Assembly: GCA_001643675.2 (NCBI GenBank)
Contig: LSRY02000023.1
Location: forward strand, 868,001-932,000
From: Monocercomonoides exilis PA203
Taxonomy: Eukaryota; Protista; Preaxostyla
Length of the DNA stretch: 64,000 nucleotides
Direction of reading: 5' to 3'
In this document: positions 48,402 through 61,362 of the stretch, piece by piece
How positions within the stretch are numbered: position 1 is the first letter of the stretch
Layout: each line of letters begins with the position of its first letter
Notes under the pieces: generated by a model
Databases searched by the model: none
Seen by the model: only the letters and a program-made list of their open reading frames with translations
Told to the model about the DNA's origin: nothing
Position numbers and translations under genes: made by a program

Positions 48402-49439
48402 ATGTCAAAATTTGAAAAAAAAGGAAAAACAGCACAAAGTTCAACAAATATTTCAATAGATCATTTGGCACAATTTAATAATATGGAATTGAGCGAGGAA
48501 GCAACGTCATTTGAATCAGATGCAAAAAAGCAAGTCAAACAAAATGAATCCGACTCTTTTTCGAATTCCAGCACATTAAATTCAAATGAACCGCAAAATA
48601 CAGGAAAGCGCAAAGAAATATGTATTTTTGATAATTGTCCTTTCGCAAACGCTTTTTCAGAACAATCTTTTTCTGGGGCTGACTTTTCTTTTCAAAAAGA
48701 AGCTTCAAAGCTAATGTCATCCATTGCCGTAGTTATTCAGCCGTACATCCAAGAACTTGCTCAATCTAAAGAAAGAATAAAAGAATTAGAAAATAAGCAA
48801 ATTGAGCTGAAAGAACATTACGAATCATTACTAAAGAAATCAGATGAAACAACGAAGTATTTTCAAGAACTGTTAAAAAATCATTTAAATTGCAGTAAAA
48901 AAATTTTAGAAGATTCACTATTAGAAAAACAGAAACATGAAATTGAAATAGAAGATGAAGCCGAATTAGAAATAGTTAAAGATGATAATTTCCCCGAAAT
49001 ACAAAATCAACAACTTTTACATCAAGCAGACGCAAAAAAAGCATATGACGAAGAAGTTTTGGAACTAAAGGAGCAACTAGAGGATATTGAAAATCAAATT
49101 TCTGAAGAAAAACAGAAAGATGAAAAAGAAATTTCACACTTCAAAACCGTTGAACAATCACTTCCTCAGCAGGAGCAAGATAATTTTTGTGCAGAAAAAT
49201 ACCCAATCAAGGATTCGAACAAAAAGAGCACAGAAAAAACTTGCAAATTAGCGGAAAAAGATTTGACAAAAGATTCTTCTATTGTTGGAGATTCAATTCA
49301 TGAGTCAAAAGAAAACGAATTAATTAACATAATGAAAAGAAAAAGGATTGGGGCATCTCAAACAGAGAAAAAAGCATCGTCAAAGCATGTCGATCAACGA
49401 GCAGTTTTATTTGCACAACGTTTGAAGGAATTGAAATAA
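48402..49439 (+). CDS. Hypothetical coiled-coil protein (345 aa)
   Basis: Intronless ATG-to-TAA ORF with E/K/Q-rich heptads; divergent from the 48263 gene across 138 bp. Confidence 0.75.
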   Translation: MSKFEKKGKTAQSSTNISIDHLAQFNNMELSEEATSFESDAKKQVKQNESDSFSNSSTLNSNEPQNTGKRKEICIFDNCPFANAFSEQSFSGADFSFQKEASKLMSSIAVVIQPYIQELAQSKERIKELENKQIELKEHYESLLKKSDETTKYFQELLKNHLNCSKKILEDSLLEKQKHEIEIEDEAELEIVKDDNFPEIQNQQLLHQADAKKAYDEEVLELKEQLEDIENQISEEKQKDEKEISHFKTVEQSLPQQEQDNFCAEKYPIKDSNKKSTEKTCKLAEKDLTKDSSIVGDSIHESKENELINIMKRKRIGASQTEKKASSKHVDQRAVLFAQRLKELK

Positions 49440-50210
49440 TTCTCAATGCAAAAGAAAGAGCTTCATTACACTTCTAAAGGAAAAGCTCAATTTAACTTCC
49501 ACATTTCAACAATATCAAATTTCAAGAAAAACACATGTTAAAATTTTTAAATATTTTCAAAACTAATTTTGAACAATTTTGTTTTTGATTATATTGATAA
49601 ATGTTCAACACTTCAAAATCTGATTTTTATTTCCAGTTTTTATTTATGAAGACTTTTGTTAAAATTGCAGCTTTTGTGATTATCATTTAATTATTAAATC
49701 ACTTACTGAAATTTTTAAAGTACTTTTTTTTTTCGCAACACAATTATTTTGAATAAAATATGAAAAGATTGAATCGAAAAGGTTAATTCCGAAGGATGAT
49801 TGCTATTTTTAACAGATAACAGATTCATTTAATTCTTAAAAAACACTCATATTCGAATTTCAATTCTTCAAAAATTTTGTATAAAATGAATATTGCGCTT
49901 ATTTCATCTGCTAACAGAACCTTTTAAACTAACAGTAAAATTATTATCATTCAGTGAGTAATTGTTGAGTCAATTGAGACGAAACACAAATATATCGCTC
50001 AAAAAGACTTCGCAAATCCAATTTGCAAATACATGAGGCAATCATAAGCCCATCCAAAAGCAAAAAGCTAAAAGCCAACAAACAACAACAAAAATAAAAG
50101 AGTCTAAATACTTTTAACGCAAGCATAACGGAACATAATTCAACAATAACAACAACAATAATAAAAGTGGATTCAAAATATTGTGCAAGTTCATCACTCT
50201 CTCTTTTTAT

Positions 50211-50923
50211 TTACACTCTGTAAAATGAAGAAGAACCGCACAAGGCAAGAGCTTCCAAATCTTTTTCTTTTTCAATTTCTTCCTTGCTCAGAATTCTTGG
50301 TTCACTCACGAATAACACCTCAAACTGTATTCAAAGAAAGAAAAAATCATTTTTTTTTTTTTTTTTGGCAGAGAATGGTAATTTATAAGAACATATTAAA
50401 GAATGCAAATATAATGAAAAAAGAGAAGAATAAAAAAAGAGACACACTGAATAACCCAATCCGCTCATTCGCCTTCTTGTGTGTCTGAAAGAATTCAAGC
50501 ATTCTTCTGGTGTCTTCCGTAAATAATTCATTTGCACAGGACTGTATGGATCAAAGGTCAATACAACAGGAGAACCCTGTTCAGTTTAGAGTAAATATTC
50601 GCAACGAGAACATTATCAATCAATCAATTAATCAAAGAAAAAAAAAAAAAAAAGAGAGAGAGAGAGAGAGAGAAAGAGAAAGAGAAAGAGAGATAGATAG
50701 ATAGATAGAATAAATACATCAATTCCAATCATCCTTTTTCTTTAACATACAAAAATTATTTTCTTCTTTAAAATAGTTCAATCAATACTCCAAAAGAACA
50801 GTTTCATAAACATACACATTTTTGCATACCTTACTGTTATATTCCAACCCAAAGGCTGTTTTCGACCGATTTTGCATCTGGATCATAAGCGGAGGGCAAA
50901 ATATCGTCTCTTCCATTTCGCTT

Positions 50924-50955
<32 letters not shown>

Positions 50956-52001
50956 GGAAGAGGAAGAAGAAGTATCAGATGCATCAGTGCTGGATGCTGG
51001 CAATTTGATGGTGTGGCTGGTGACGGGAGGATGAGGCAGCATCTCTGGAATTTCGCATTCGTCTTCGTCTTCAACTCCTTCCGCATCTTCTCCTAATCCA
51101 GCGATAAAAGTGATCATTTTATCTTCTTTGCTTTCTTCGAATCCTTCAATTTCTCTAACTTTGTCTTTTTCATCGCTCTTTTCAGATTTTTCATTCAAAT
51201 CATCCTTCGCATCATATCTCTGTCTGAAATATTCTTCAACAAATGTGTTCACATTTAATGGAGAAGTGAGAATATCCACCAAAACGACTCTTAAAAATCA
51301 TTATTAAAATGAGATGTAAATAATGTGTTTCGTTAAAATAAACGTGCTTTGAAATATATATTAAAAAAATAAAATTCAAACGGGATTCCTAGCGACCTCA
51401 AAAGAGTCCATCCTTCAACTGCACCAATTTTTGCTTTTGTTCCTGTCAGTTTATGCTTGAAATATGCATCGCTTGCAGGTTCAAATCCACTATAATCATA
51501 AAAAAACATTGATATATAAATGCAATTACAATTGATTTGCGTTACTAATTTTTTCTCCTCATACCGTTTCCATGCACTTTCAATTCGTTCTTGAATTTCC
51601 ATAATTGACGGAATACCTTCCAATCCAAGTGTGCAAAGATGCTCATGAAATAGTGGAATCTTATGAAGATAAGAAAATTGCATTTGTATATTTCTATATG
51701 CACCTCCCCATCCATTATCTTCAGGCTCAACATGATAAAAACCTGAGAAGCAGTAATCACAAATTAAAGCAATTCATTAAATCTAATCATTTTATCCCTT
51801 ATTATTTCATTCAAAAAACCTAGAGAGTTGCAAAAAAGAGGAGCTTTACGTCCGCTTCCAGACCAATTACTCATAATGATTTGAGTTATTGTTTGAACAT
51901 CATCTACAAATAATTTTCAACGATATGAATAACAAAAACATTTTCAAACTAGAATCTTTCTGTGTATGCTTCTCTTTGGATTGTTTGATTATTTCTGACA
52001 T
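50211..52001 (-). CDS. ZUP1/ZUFSP/Mug105-like (peptidase C78 fold) protein with substituted catalytic residues
   Basis: Spliced motifs DNGWGGAYRNIQMQFS, IPSIMEIQERIESAWK-GFEP, KLTGTKAKIGAVE, PPLMIQMQNRSKTAFGLE and LTFDP follow the ZUP1/Mug105 motif order (DxGWGCGYRN, IExAWxxGFD, GTxxWIG, PPIYxQHxGHSxTxxGxE, FDP). Confidence 0.82.
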
Positions 52002-52336
52002 TTTGTATTTTTTGATAATATGATCGAAAGCATTATAAAATGGCTTTGTGAGAAAATGCTTTCTTTTTTCTTAAGTCAATTATTTTTATGATATTTTTAA
52101 TTCAATGCAATGGATCTTCAAGAAGCTAGATTATTAGGAGCGTTTTCTTTCAATTTTTAAATGAAAGAATCTCTTTTATATTTCAAAAGGCAAATGGCAA
52201 CTCTTTGGAAATAAAAAGAATTCATTTTTCACTTTTTTATTTAATATATATTATTGAATATTATAGTTCACATGAAAGTGAGAATTGATGAATGAATTTT
52301 TGAAACATTGATCTTCAAATAATTAAAATCATTCAA

Positions 52337-53111
52337 ATGCCAAAGGAACAAAGAAGGAAAATAATTCATCCAAAATCAAGAAAAGCCATACAAATGATAG
52401 GCCAACAGATGAGAAATGAAACGAAGAAGAAAACTAAATTGGAGAAAAAAGGGGAAAGATTAAATGAGTATGAGATCGTACCATTTATTCAAAAACTTAT
52501 AAAGAAAGATAATGTGGAGAAATACACTTACGAACAAGGTTGAATTTTGATTTCTCTTTAATGGCTTAGATAAATTAAATTTATTTTTATTTCAGCTCTT
52601 GATCTTATCGAGAAATTTGTTCATCGTCATGACGATGAATTGAAGCTAATTGACGAACGTAGAAAGACTGGAAAACATGTTTCAACAAGGTATACTATTA
52701 ACCATAAAGTTTAAAATTTAAATTTCGCATTTTGCTTGCAGTGCAATGCTTCAAGCTGATGAGTGGAAGAAAGAAATTGGACAAATCCATTCTGGAATTG
52801 GTGTGCTCTTATTTTATTTCTATTATTTTATTTGCGTATATCATTGTTTAGAGGGTCCAGATTTGCTTAATCCAGATTGTGTTGTTCGGCTTCGGATTTG
52901 GAATGGAGATAAAAGGTCAATTAATCTTTTTCCAATGAGGGTTTATCGCAAGCCATCCGCACACTTCAAAAAAGAATCACCATCTGCCCCAACTCCATCA
53001 TCATCGTCTTCTTCGACACCAGCTCCAACACCTTCTTCCGTTCCTCTTCCTTCAGAAATTCCTTCATCTTCGACTATTCCTTCTCAAACGATGGAATCTG
53101 ATGTTCAATAG
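52337..53111 (+). CDS. TMA16: Translation machinery-associated protein 16 homolog (60S maturation factor), 4 exons
   Basis: IHPKSRKA, LIEKFVHRHDDEL and GIEGPDL...LRIWNG motifs typical of Tma16; three short GT-AG introns. Confidence 0.82.
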
Positions 53112-53617
53112 CATTCCAAATTCATAGCATTAACTTAAAAATGAGCCAGATCGTTATTATCTGAAAAACTCATTTCGTATAAACAAAAATTTGTCCGAAA
53201 ATAGTTGAGGCAAATAATTACAAACTTAATTGAAATCGTCTTCTTATTTTTCAATCATTTCAATTTCATTTCACTAAGAAAATTCTGAATGGAACTTATC
53301 CTCTAAATTCAAAAATTACTCACATTTCTTTTTTCATCCCCCCATTTTTTGATTTTTTAAAAAAAGAAAGCACTTTCAAACTTAAGTTAATGAAGAAATA
53401 AGTCTTAACACGAAAATTTTCAAGTCTTTTCAAAAACAAATGATTTGTGGTAAATATTTCTGTTCCACAAAACTCAAAAAACGAATCAAAAATTAGTGAA
53501 AAAAAACATCTTATAAATAACATATATACATAACTTGAATATTCTTTCTCAGAAAATTCAAAAGTATTCCTAAGAAATATCAATTGTTTGTCTAACACTT
53601 GGAAACTGAACATCACT

Positions 53618-54878
53618 TTAATCACTATCTTCAGGTTTCTGCTTCAAATTCTCTTTCAGTTTTGAGGAAACCTCTATTATTTCCTCGTTTCTCTTATCAG
53701 ATTCATTCAAATTGCTATCAATAACAGTCACATCTTTCTGTGTACCATCAGCTCTGCGTTTGCCAATCACCCCATCATCTTCATCACTCAGCACCACAAT
53801 CCTTCTAATTCCTCGTTTCAGCCATTTTTCCATTGTTTTTTCATTTCCTTCTGGAAAATCTTTTCCCTTTCTAATGGCCATATGCTCTGAATCATCGTCA
53901 ATTATAACTTTCCTCATGTGCATCGAATGTTGAATGCTTCTCATCCTTTTCATTTTCGTCATCTCGTTTTTGGTTAATTCTTCATCTTCATTGTGATTTC
54001 TCTTTTTGTGTCTGTTGCTTTCTTTTTGAGGCAAACTTTGCGCTTTTGAAATCGGATGATTGCTGTTCTTTAACACTAATGAACGAGAACTGAAAACGGT
54101 AGAAAAAGGTAAAGACGTAGAAGAAGCATTAGAAGAAATAAGACTTTCATTCAAAGAAGAAGACGAAGAAGAAGATAATGATGATGACGGCGAAATATCA
54201 TTTCTGATAGCATTTGCAGAAGAAAGAGAAGAAGAAAGAGAAGAAGAAAGAGAAGAAGAAAGAGAAGAAGAGCGAGGCCTGGATACTTCGAAAAGCTGAG
54301 TGGCAGACTGACTGGAAGGATCCGAAAATGAATGCACAATCGCCACACGCGCTGAATTCTTTGCATTTTGGCTTGTTTGTTTCACTCCTCCTTCTCCTTC
54401 TCCTCCTTCTTCTTCTCCTCTTTCTCCTTTTTCTTTTTCTTCAAACCGATTCTGAAAACTTTGTTCACCTTGTTTGTTTTGTTCAATTTGTTTGCTCTGC
54501 TTGTTCGAAATTTGATCAGCAATTGTTCTTCGGAGAGTCTCGTAGTTGTGATAGTCTCTCTCTGAAAGTGGAGTGAGGGACTTGAATTTCTGAATGGGGG
54601 AAGGGCGACGCAGGCTGAAAGGGTTAGAGAGGGAAGGAGAAGAGGAAAGAGAAGAAGAAAAGGAGGTAGAAGAGGAAGAAGAAGAAGAGGAGGAGGAGGA
54701 GAGAATTGAAGAGAGATTGGAAGAGGAAGAGGAATTAGAGAAAGAGTTGGAATTTTGATTGGAATTAGAATTGGAACTGCTATTTAGATTGTGATTGAGA
54801 TTTGGACTACGAGGAGGAGAAGAAAAAAGGGAAAAAGAAGAAGAAGAAGAAGAAGAAGTAGTAGTAGTAGTAGTAGAA

Positions 54879-54910
<32 letters not shown>

Positions 54911-57900
54911 GGAAGATGACGAATGCTGATGAAGCTGTGCCTTTAGTAATTTTTGCTTTTCTTGTTCCTCTTGTGAACGCTCCTTTTTTTGCTTTGCTTC
55001 TTTTTCTTTAACTTTTTCGTTTCTTTTCTCTTTTTCTTTTTCTTTTTCTTTTCCTTCTTTCGTTTCTTCTTTCTCTTTTCTTTCTTTCTCTTTCTCTTCT
55101 TCTTCTTCCTCCTTCTGCAGTTGTTGCATTTGCAGCCTCTGAAACATCATTGCTTGTTGCCTCAGCTTCTCCAGCTGTTTTTGCTGAAGGCTTATCTGCC
55201 TTCGAATCAAAGGCAGTGGAGAAAACTCAGTTTGCTCTGTTTGATATTTACGTTCTTTTGTTTCTTTCTGTTCATTTTGTTTGGGTTTCTCTGTTTGTTC
55301 TGTTTGTTCTGTTTGTTTGGTTTGCTCAAATTCATCAGAATGACTAGAAACACTAGAATTCTTTGAAATATCAGAATTTTCACTCATTTCTGGAAGACCA
55401 GTAAGATCTGAAAGATCCGAATCCCTTGAGACATTTGAAACCTCATCAGCATTTGAAGAATTTGACTTCTGTGTGTCTAAGCTTAAGCTTTGCCGACAAT
55501 CAGATTGAGAAACAGAGTCAGCTTTTTCAGGATAATTTGGAGAATTTTGCAGAAATTTAGTTTTGGTTAATGATTTTGCTAAGTTTTTTGACAAATTTTG
55601 AGACAAAGTTTTTGACAAAGTTCTGGTAAGAGTGTTTAACCGAGAGATTGAAGGGGATTTTGACAGAGTTTTTGAATGAATTTTTGATTGAGAATTTGAT
55701 TGAGAATTAGATTGAGAATCTGAAAGGGGTTTTAATTGCATATTTGATTGCTCTTTTGATTGAGCTTGTGAGTTTTGTTGAAAGTTTGTTTGAATTTGAG
55801 GTTGATCCTGTGTGGTTAGAGCAGGGAAAGAGGAAGGGAAAGGAGAAGATGACATATTTGATGGATTTGATGGAGAAGACATTGTATTACTGGGTGGAAG
55901 CAATTTTTGATGTTCTTTTTCTTTTTCTTCCTCTTTTTCTTCTTCTTTCTCTTTCTCTTTAAATTTCTCTTTAAATTTCTCCTTCGTTTTCTCCTTTGTT
56001 TTTGTCTTTGTTTGCTCTTTTAACATTGTTTTTGATTGAATTTGAGGCAAAACATCGTTTTGAATATAAATTGATGGTGCTATCTTTGTTAGAATGGTAG
56101 AAGAAGAAGAAGAAGATAGAGAAGAAGGAGAAGATGATGATGAAGGAGGAGGAAGAGAAGAAGAAGAAGAAGAAGAAGAAGAAGAAGAAGAAGAAGAAGA
56201 AGAAGAACTTTGAGATTGAGGAAAACGAAGAGAAGAAGAGGGATTGGAGGTGAGACGAAGATAATGCAGATAAGCTGAATAGAGATTGAAAGAAGGGGAA
56301 GAAGAAGAAGAAGAGGAGGAGGAGGAGGAAGAAGAAGAAGAGGAAGAAAGAAAAGAAGGAGAAGAAGGAAAGACAAAAGGAGAAGGATAAGAAGGAGATG
56401 GAGATGGAGAAGAAGAAAAAGAATTCAAAGAATTCAAAGAAGAATTCAAAGAAGAAGAATTCAATGAAGAAGAAGGAAGAGAAGGAGAAGGAGAAGGAGA
56501 AGAAGAGAAAGAGGAATGAGTTGGATTGAAAGGATAAGAGGGATGACATAAAAGAGAAGAATAATAGTTTGAAATGAATGGAAGGGAAGAATTGTGTTGT
56601 GGAAAAGAAGAACAAAGAGAAGAAGAAAGAGAAGAAGAAAGAGAAGAAGAAAGAGAAGAAGAATTCAAAGAGGAAGAAGAGGAAGAAGAAGAAGAAAAGG
56701 AGGAAGATGAAGAAGACAACGAAGAAGAAGAAGAAGAAATGGATGACGATGAAGAAGAGGTTGGAAATGAAGAAAGAGAAGAAGAAGAAAGTGATAAATT
56801 GAAAGGTGATGGAAAATTAGTTAATGGAAGTGAAGTTGGAGATGAAGATGAAGGAGGAGAAGGAGAAGGAGAAGGAGAAGGAGAGGAAGAGGAAGATGAG
56901 GAGGAAGATGAGGAGGAAGATGAGGAGGAAGATGAGGAGGAGGAGGAGGAAGAAGAAGAAGAAAAAGGCGATGATGAAGTGGAGTTGGAAGTGAAAGAGG
57001 AAGATGCAGAGGAAGAAAGAGGAGAAGAGGAAGAAGAAAGAGGAGGAGGAGGAGGAGGAGGAGGAGGAGGAGAAGAAGAAGAAGAAGAAGAAGAAGAAGA
57101 AGAAGAATGAAATGATTTTGTTTTGTGTTCTGAAGACAAACGACGAAAAGGCAGAGGCGAAGAAAGAGAAGGAAAACGAGAAAGAGGAGAGCATTGCGAA
57201 GTGCTGGAACGGGAAATGATTTGAGTAACAGAAGAAGAAGAAGAAAGAGAAGAGGAAGAAAGAGAAGGAGAGGAAGAAGGAGAAGGAGAAGATGAATGGA
57301 AAGGAGAAAGATGATGTGAAGGTGAATAAGATAATTGTGAAGTGGAGGTTGGAAGAGAGGAAGAAGAAGAAGAAGAAGAGGAAGAAAAAGAAGAAGAATT
57401 AAAAGAAGAAGAAGAAGAAGAATGAGAAGAAGAAGAGGAAGAGGAGGAAGAAGACATTGAGGAAAGAGAAGAAGAATGAAAACGAGAGCGAGAAAGAGGG
57501 CGAGAACGAAGAGAAGGAGGAGAAAAAGAAGGAGAACGAGAAGGAGAAAGAGGAGAAGGAGAAGGAGAAACATATTGAGTGTCTGAGCAATCAGAAGAAA
57601 TTGAGTCATCAGCAGAAATTGAATGTGTTTTTCTGCTTGAAAAACTTCTTCTTAGTCTTTTGTGCAAAGTTCTTAGTTTCTCCTTCTCTTCCTTTTTTTC
57701 CTTTTTTTCCTTTTCTTCTTCTTTTTCTTTCTTCTCTTTCTGTTTCAATAACCTCATTGACGTTCTTCTTCTTCTTCTTCTTCTTTCTCTTTCTCTTTCT
57801 CTTTCTCTCTTTCTTCTTTTTCTCTTCTCTCTAATCTCCTTCAACTCTTTCAATTTCCTTTTTCTCTTTCTTCTTCTTCCTCTGCTGCTGCTGTTTCTGC

Positions 57901-60382
57901 TTGTTCTTGTTCTCTTTCTATTGTCTTTGCTTTCACTTTCACTTCCACTTCCACTTTTATTTTTGCTTCTTCTTCTGCTTCTTCTTCTTCTTCTCAAATG
58001 AAACAATACATTTTCTTCTTCTTCATTTGTTTTGTTAGCTTTGTAATCTTTTTTATCTTTATTAGCTTCATTTATTTCGTTGATTTTATTATCTTTCTTA
58101 GCTTTTTGCTCTTTTGATGCTTCTATTTCAGACATTGAAGAGTTTTCAGTGTCATCATGTGAAATCGTCATTGAGTGCTTCTTCTTCTTCTCTTTCTTTT
58201 GGATTTTGTTTGTGTTTTCTAATTTTATTTCTGTTTTTATTTTGATTTCTTTTTCTTTTTCTTTTTCTTTTTCATATTCTTCCTCTTTTTCTTTTTCTTT
58301 ATCTTTCCCTTTAACATCTTCATCATCATCATCATCATCTTTCTTCACATCCAATCTATTTTTACTCAATTTTTCATTTTCCTTTCCATTTCCACTTCCA
58401 CTTCCTTTTCCATTTCCATTTCCATTTTCGCTTTTATTTCCATTTTCTCCTTCTTTCTCTCTTTCTTTCTCTCCTTCTTTTTCTCCTTCATTATCACTTT
58501 CTAATGTTTCATTCATTGAATTGTCATCTTTTATGATGTTTTTGTACCACGAACGGGACATTTTGACTTCTGGATACTTCTGATGAAGAAGATGATGGGA
58601 AGAAGAAGAAGAAGAAAGAGAAGAAAGAGAAGAAGAAAGAAAAGAAGAGGAAGAAGATGATGAAAAGGGGGAAGAAAGAGAAAAAGGTGAAGAGAAAGAA
58701 GAATAAAGAGAAGAAAAAGGAAGAGAAGAAGAGGAAGAAGATGATGAAGCTAAAGAATTAAAACATAAGTTTGGCTTTGAATCTGCCTGAAAAGGATTTA
58801 TTGCTTCAAAAGAAGAATTTTGAGGGTCAGAAGAAGAAGAAGAAGAGGAGGAAGAAGAAGAAGAGGAAGAAAAGGAAGGCGAAGGAGGAAAAGAAATCAC
58901 AAAACGAGGGGTGGGAGGAGAAGGAGGTGTAGAAGGCGTAGGAGGTGAATTTGAAAGAGAAGAAAAAGAAGCAGAAGCAGAAGCAGAAGAAGAACTTGAA
59001 GAACTTGAAGAAGAAGGAAGAGAAAGAGAAGAAGAAGAAGAAACAGGCAAACGAGATTCAATTCCTAATTGCTGTGAAACGAGCTGGCTGTTGTGAACAT
59101 TGCTCTCAGCTTCGTTTCTTGCTGTTTTTTCTCTACTTTTATCATCTTTCTTCTCAATTGCACCACTGGCTTTTTCTCTTTGACACTCATCAACTCCATT
59201 TTCCTTCTCTTTCTTCCTTTCTCTTTCCCTTTCCCTCTCTTTCTCTTTCTCTTTCCTCCTCTCCCTCTCTTTCTCCTTCTTCCTCTCCTTCTTCTTCTTC
59301 TTCTCCTTCTCCCTCTTGTCTTCCTTGCGCCTCAGTGCAAACTGGCTCCTTTGTGCAGCTATCGCCTCCATCTTCTCCACATCGATGTTGTCCTGCTGCT
59401 GCAGAAGCAGCGAAAGCATCACCTCCCGCCGGATCTTCATCTTCCGCTGGAACCGCGTCGGATAGGCTGGCTCTGCAGTTTTCTCTTTGCTGCTGGCTTC
59501 TTTCTCTGCCAATGATTTTTCCCCTTCAAAAGATGGATATCGAGGTGAAAGAACAAGTTGCTCCGCTTCTGTATTTCTTGGTGATTGAACATCAGAACTG
59601 CCCGCTGGAAGCTTCATAAGCAGCTCAGCAGTTTGCTCTGCATTTGGTGAATCGTTGTGATCGAGCATATTTTCGCTTGATGAATGCAATTCAGAAGAAA
59701 GTGAGTTTCTGATGGTCCCATCATTCGGACAATTGCTTGATGGAGTTTTGAGTGTTGCGACGCTTTCGCTGATGATTGGAAGGCGCAGAGAGGCCAACGT
59801 TTGAACATCACTTACTCCGGAATATAGCAAAGATAAAACCTTTTTCTCCTTTAATATCTTTTTCGTTTCGGCTTCAAGCTTTTCTTTTTCTGCTTCTTCT
59901 GTCACCATAATAACATCTGGATCTTCATATTGAGAATGATTTGTTGTACTCTTGGTATGCTTATTTTTAATAATTGTTGTTTGTGAAATCTTTGAAGAAA
60001 GATTCTGAGTATTCACTAATTTTTCATCAATATCCAAATTTTCATCATCCGAACTCTTTTTCTTCAAAGATTTATGATTATGATGAATTTCATGTTCATT
60101 TTTCTTTTTCGTTGAACATTCGCTTTCTTTCTTCAATAGGATAGCATCTTCTTTCCCAAAAGTTGATGATGGATTGCTCACCAAGAAATTACATGAAAGC
60201 AAATCATGCTGATTCATAAGCATCTGTTCAAGCACAGAATTGATATTATGCATAGATTCTAATTCGTGCATTAAAAATTCTACTGTTAATTTATTGGGAG
60301 GCAAAGAAGCATCAGTACAATTGCTTTCAAATGAATAATTCATTTTTCTAAAAGAATAATTCAAAGCAATAATATTAAGCAA
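53618..60382 (-). CDS. Very large low-complexity protein (>2200 aa) with poly-Ser, Glu/Lys, poly-Arg and Gln tracts; further 5' exons likely up to ~60900
   Basis: 6.7-kb uninterrupted ORF with no recognisable domain; true start not determined. Confidence 0.7.
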
Positions 60383-61362
60383 ATTAAAAATGATTGTAAA
60401 TTATTGAATAAATGCCTATAAACCTTGTAACGCTAAATTGTACCTTGTTCAACTGAAAATCGTAATCTAATAATCACTATCATTCTATGTTGGGGAACTG
60501 ATCAAAATGGTTAATGGAGAACATTTTTCATTCAATAACTTCATTCAATAATGAGAAAGACATCAAAAAATAAATAAATGAAGATATGTTTTATCACATT
60601 TCACAGTTCTGTTTGAATAACTTTGTTGGAGCATGGAATTTGTTGCTTTTTCACAGAATAAACTATTGTTTGGTGCACATGTGAATATAGTCGGATCCTT
60701 CTACAAAAAGACTTTCTTCACTGCTCTCATATTTCCCTCAGGAGTTCTCATTTCATTCATCATTTAAATCTCTTCCTGAGTTGATTAGATTTTGTTGAGG
60801 TTGGGAAATGCAGGAGAAACAGGAGGAAAGATTGAAAGCAGCAGGAAAAGAGCGAGAGCGAGAGAATTGGGGAAGATGGCCGAACGAATGAATGCATAAT
60901 TATGAAAGAATGTTTCATATTAATTCAATCAAAAAGTCACTTGAGGGAATTTTTGATTTACAAAAGAAGGTTAAAAGATGGCTCCATCAAATTTTCTTTC
61001 TGTTTTTTTGTTGCATTCTTGCATTTCAAAAGGGTGAGAGGAAAAAATTTTCAAAAAAAATTCAAGTGAAGTTTGTTTTCTGCTTTGTGAAATGAGAAAA
61101 AAAGAAAATTTAAAAAATCAAAAATGGTGAGTTACAAAATGATGTGAATTTCCTTTTCTCAAGCGTTTACATCATCATTTACAAATTATCACACAATCAA
61201 ACAAAAATTTTCAATCAAAAAAGGCTGCAAACAATCGTTTGCTAAAGAAGTAAATTATTCAAAAAGAAAAATCGAAAATATGAGAAATAGAATTATAACA
61301 GAATTTCATTTACAAAACATTTCCAAAATTATCTGCCTTATTAAATGATAAATTATTCGTAC

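Noticed and set aside
54060-59619. Plus-strand poly-Glu and poly-Leu ORFs
   Set aside because: Antisense or alternative frames of the low-complexity minus-strand gene.
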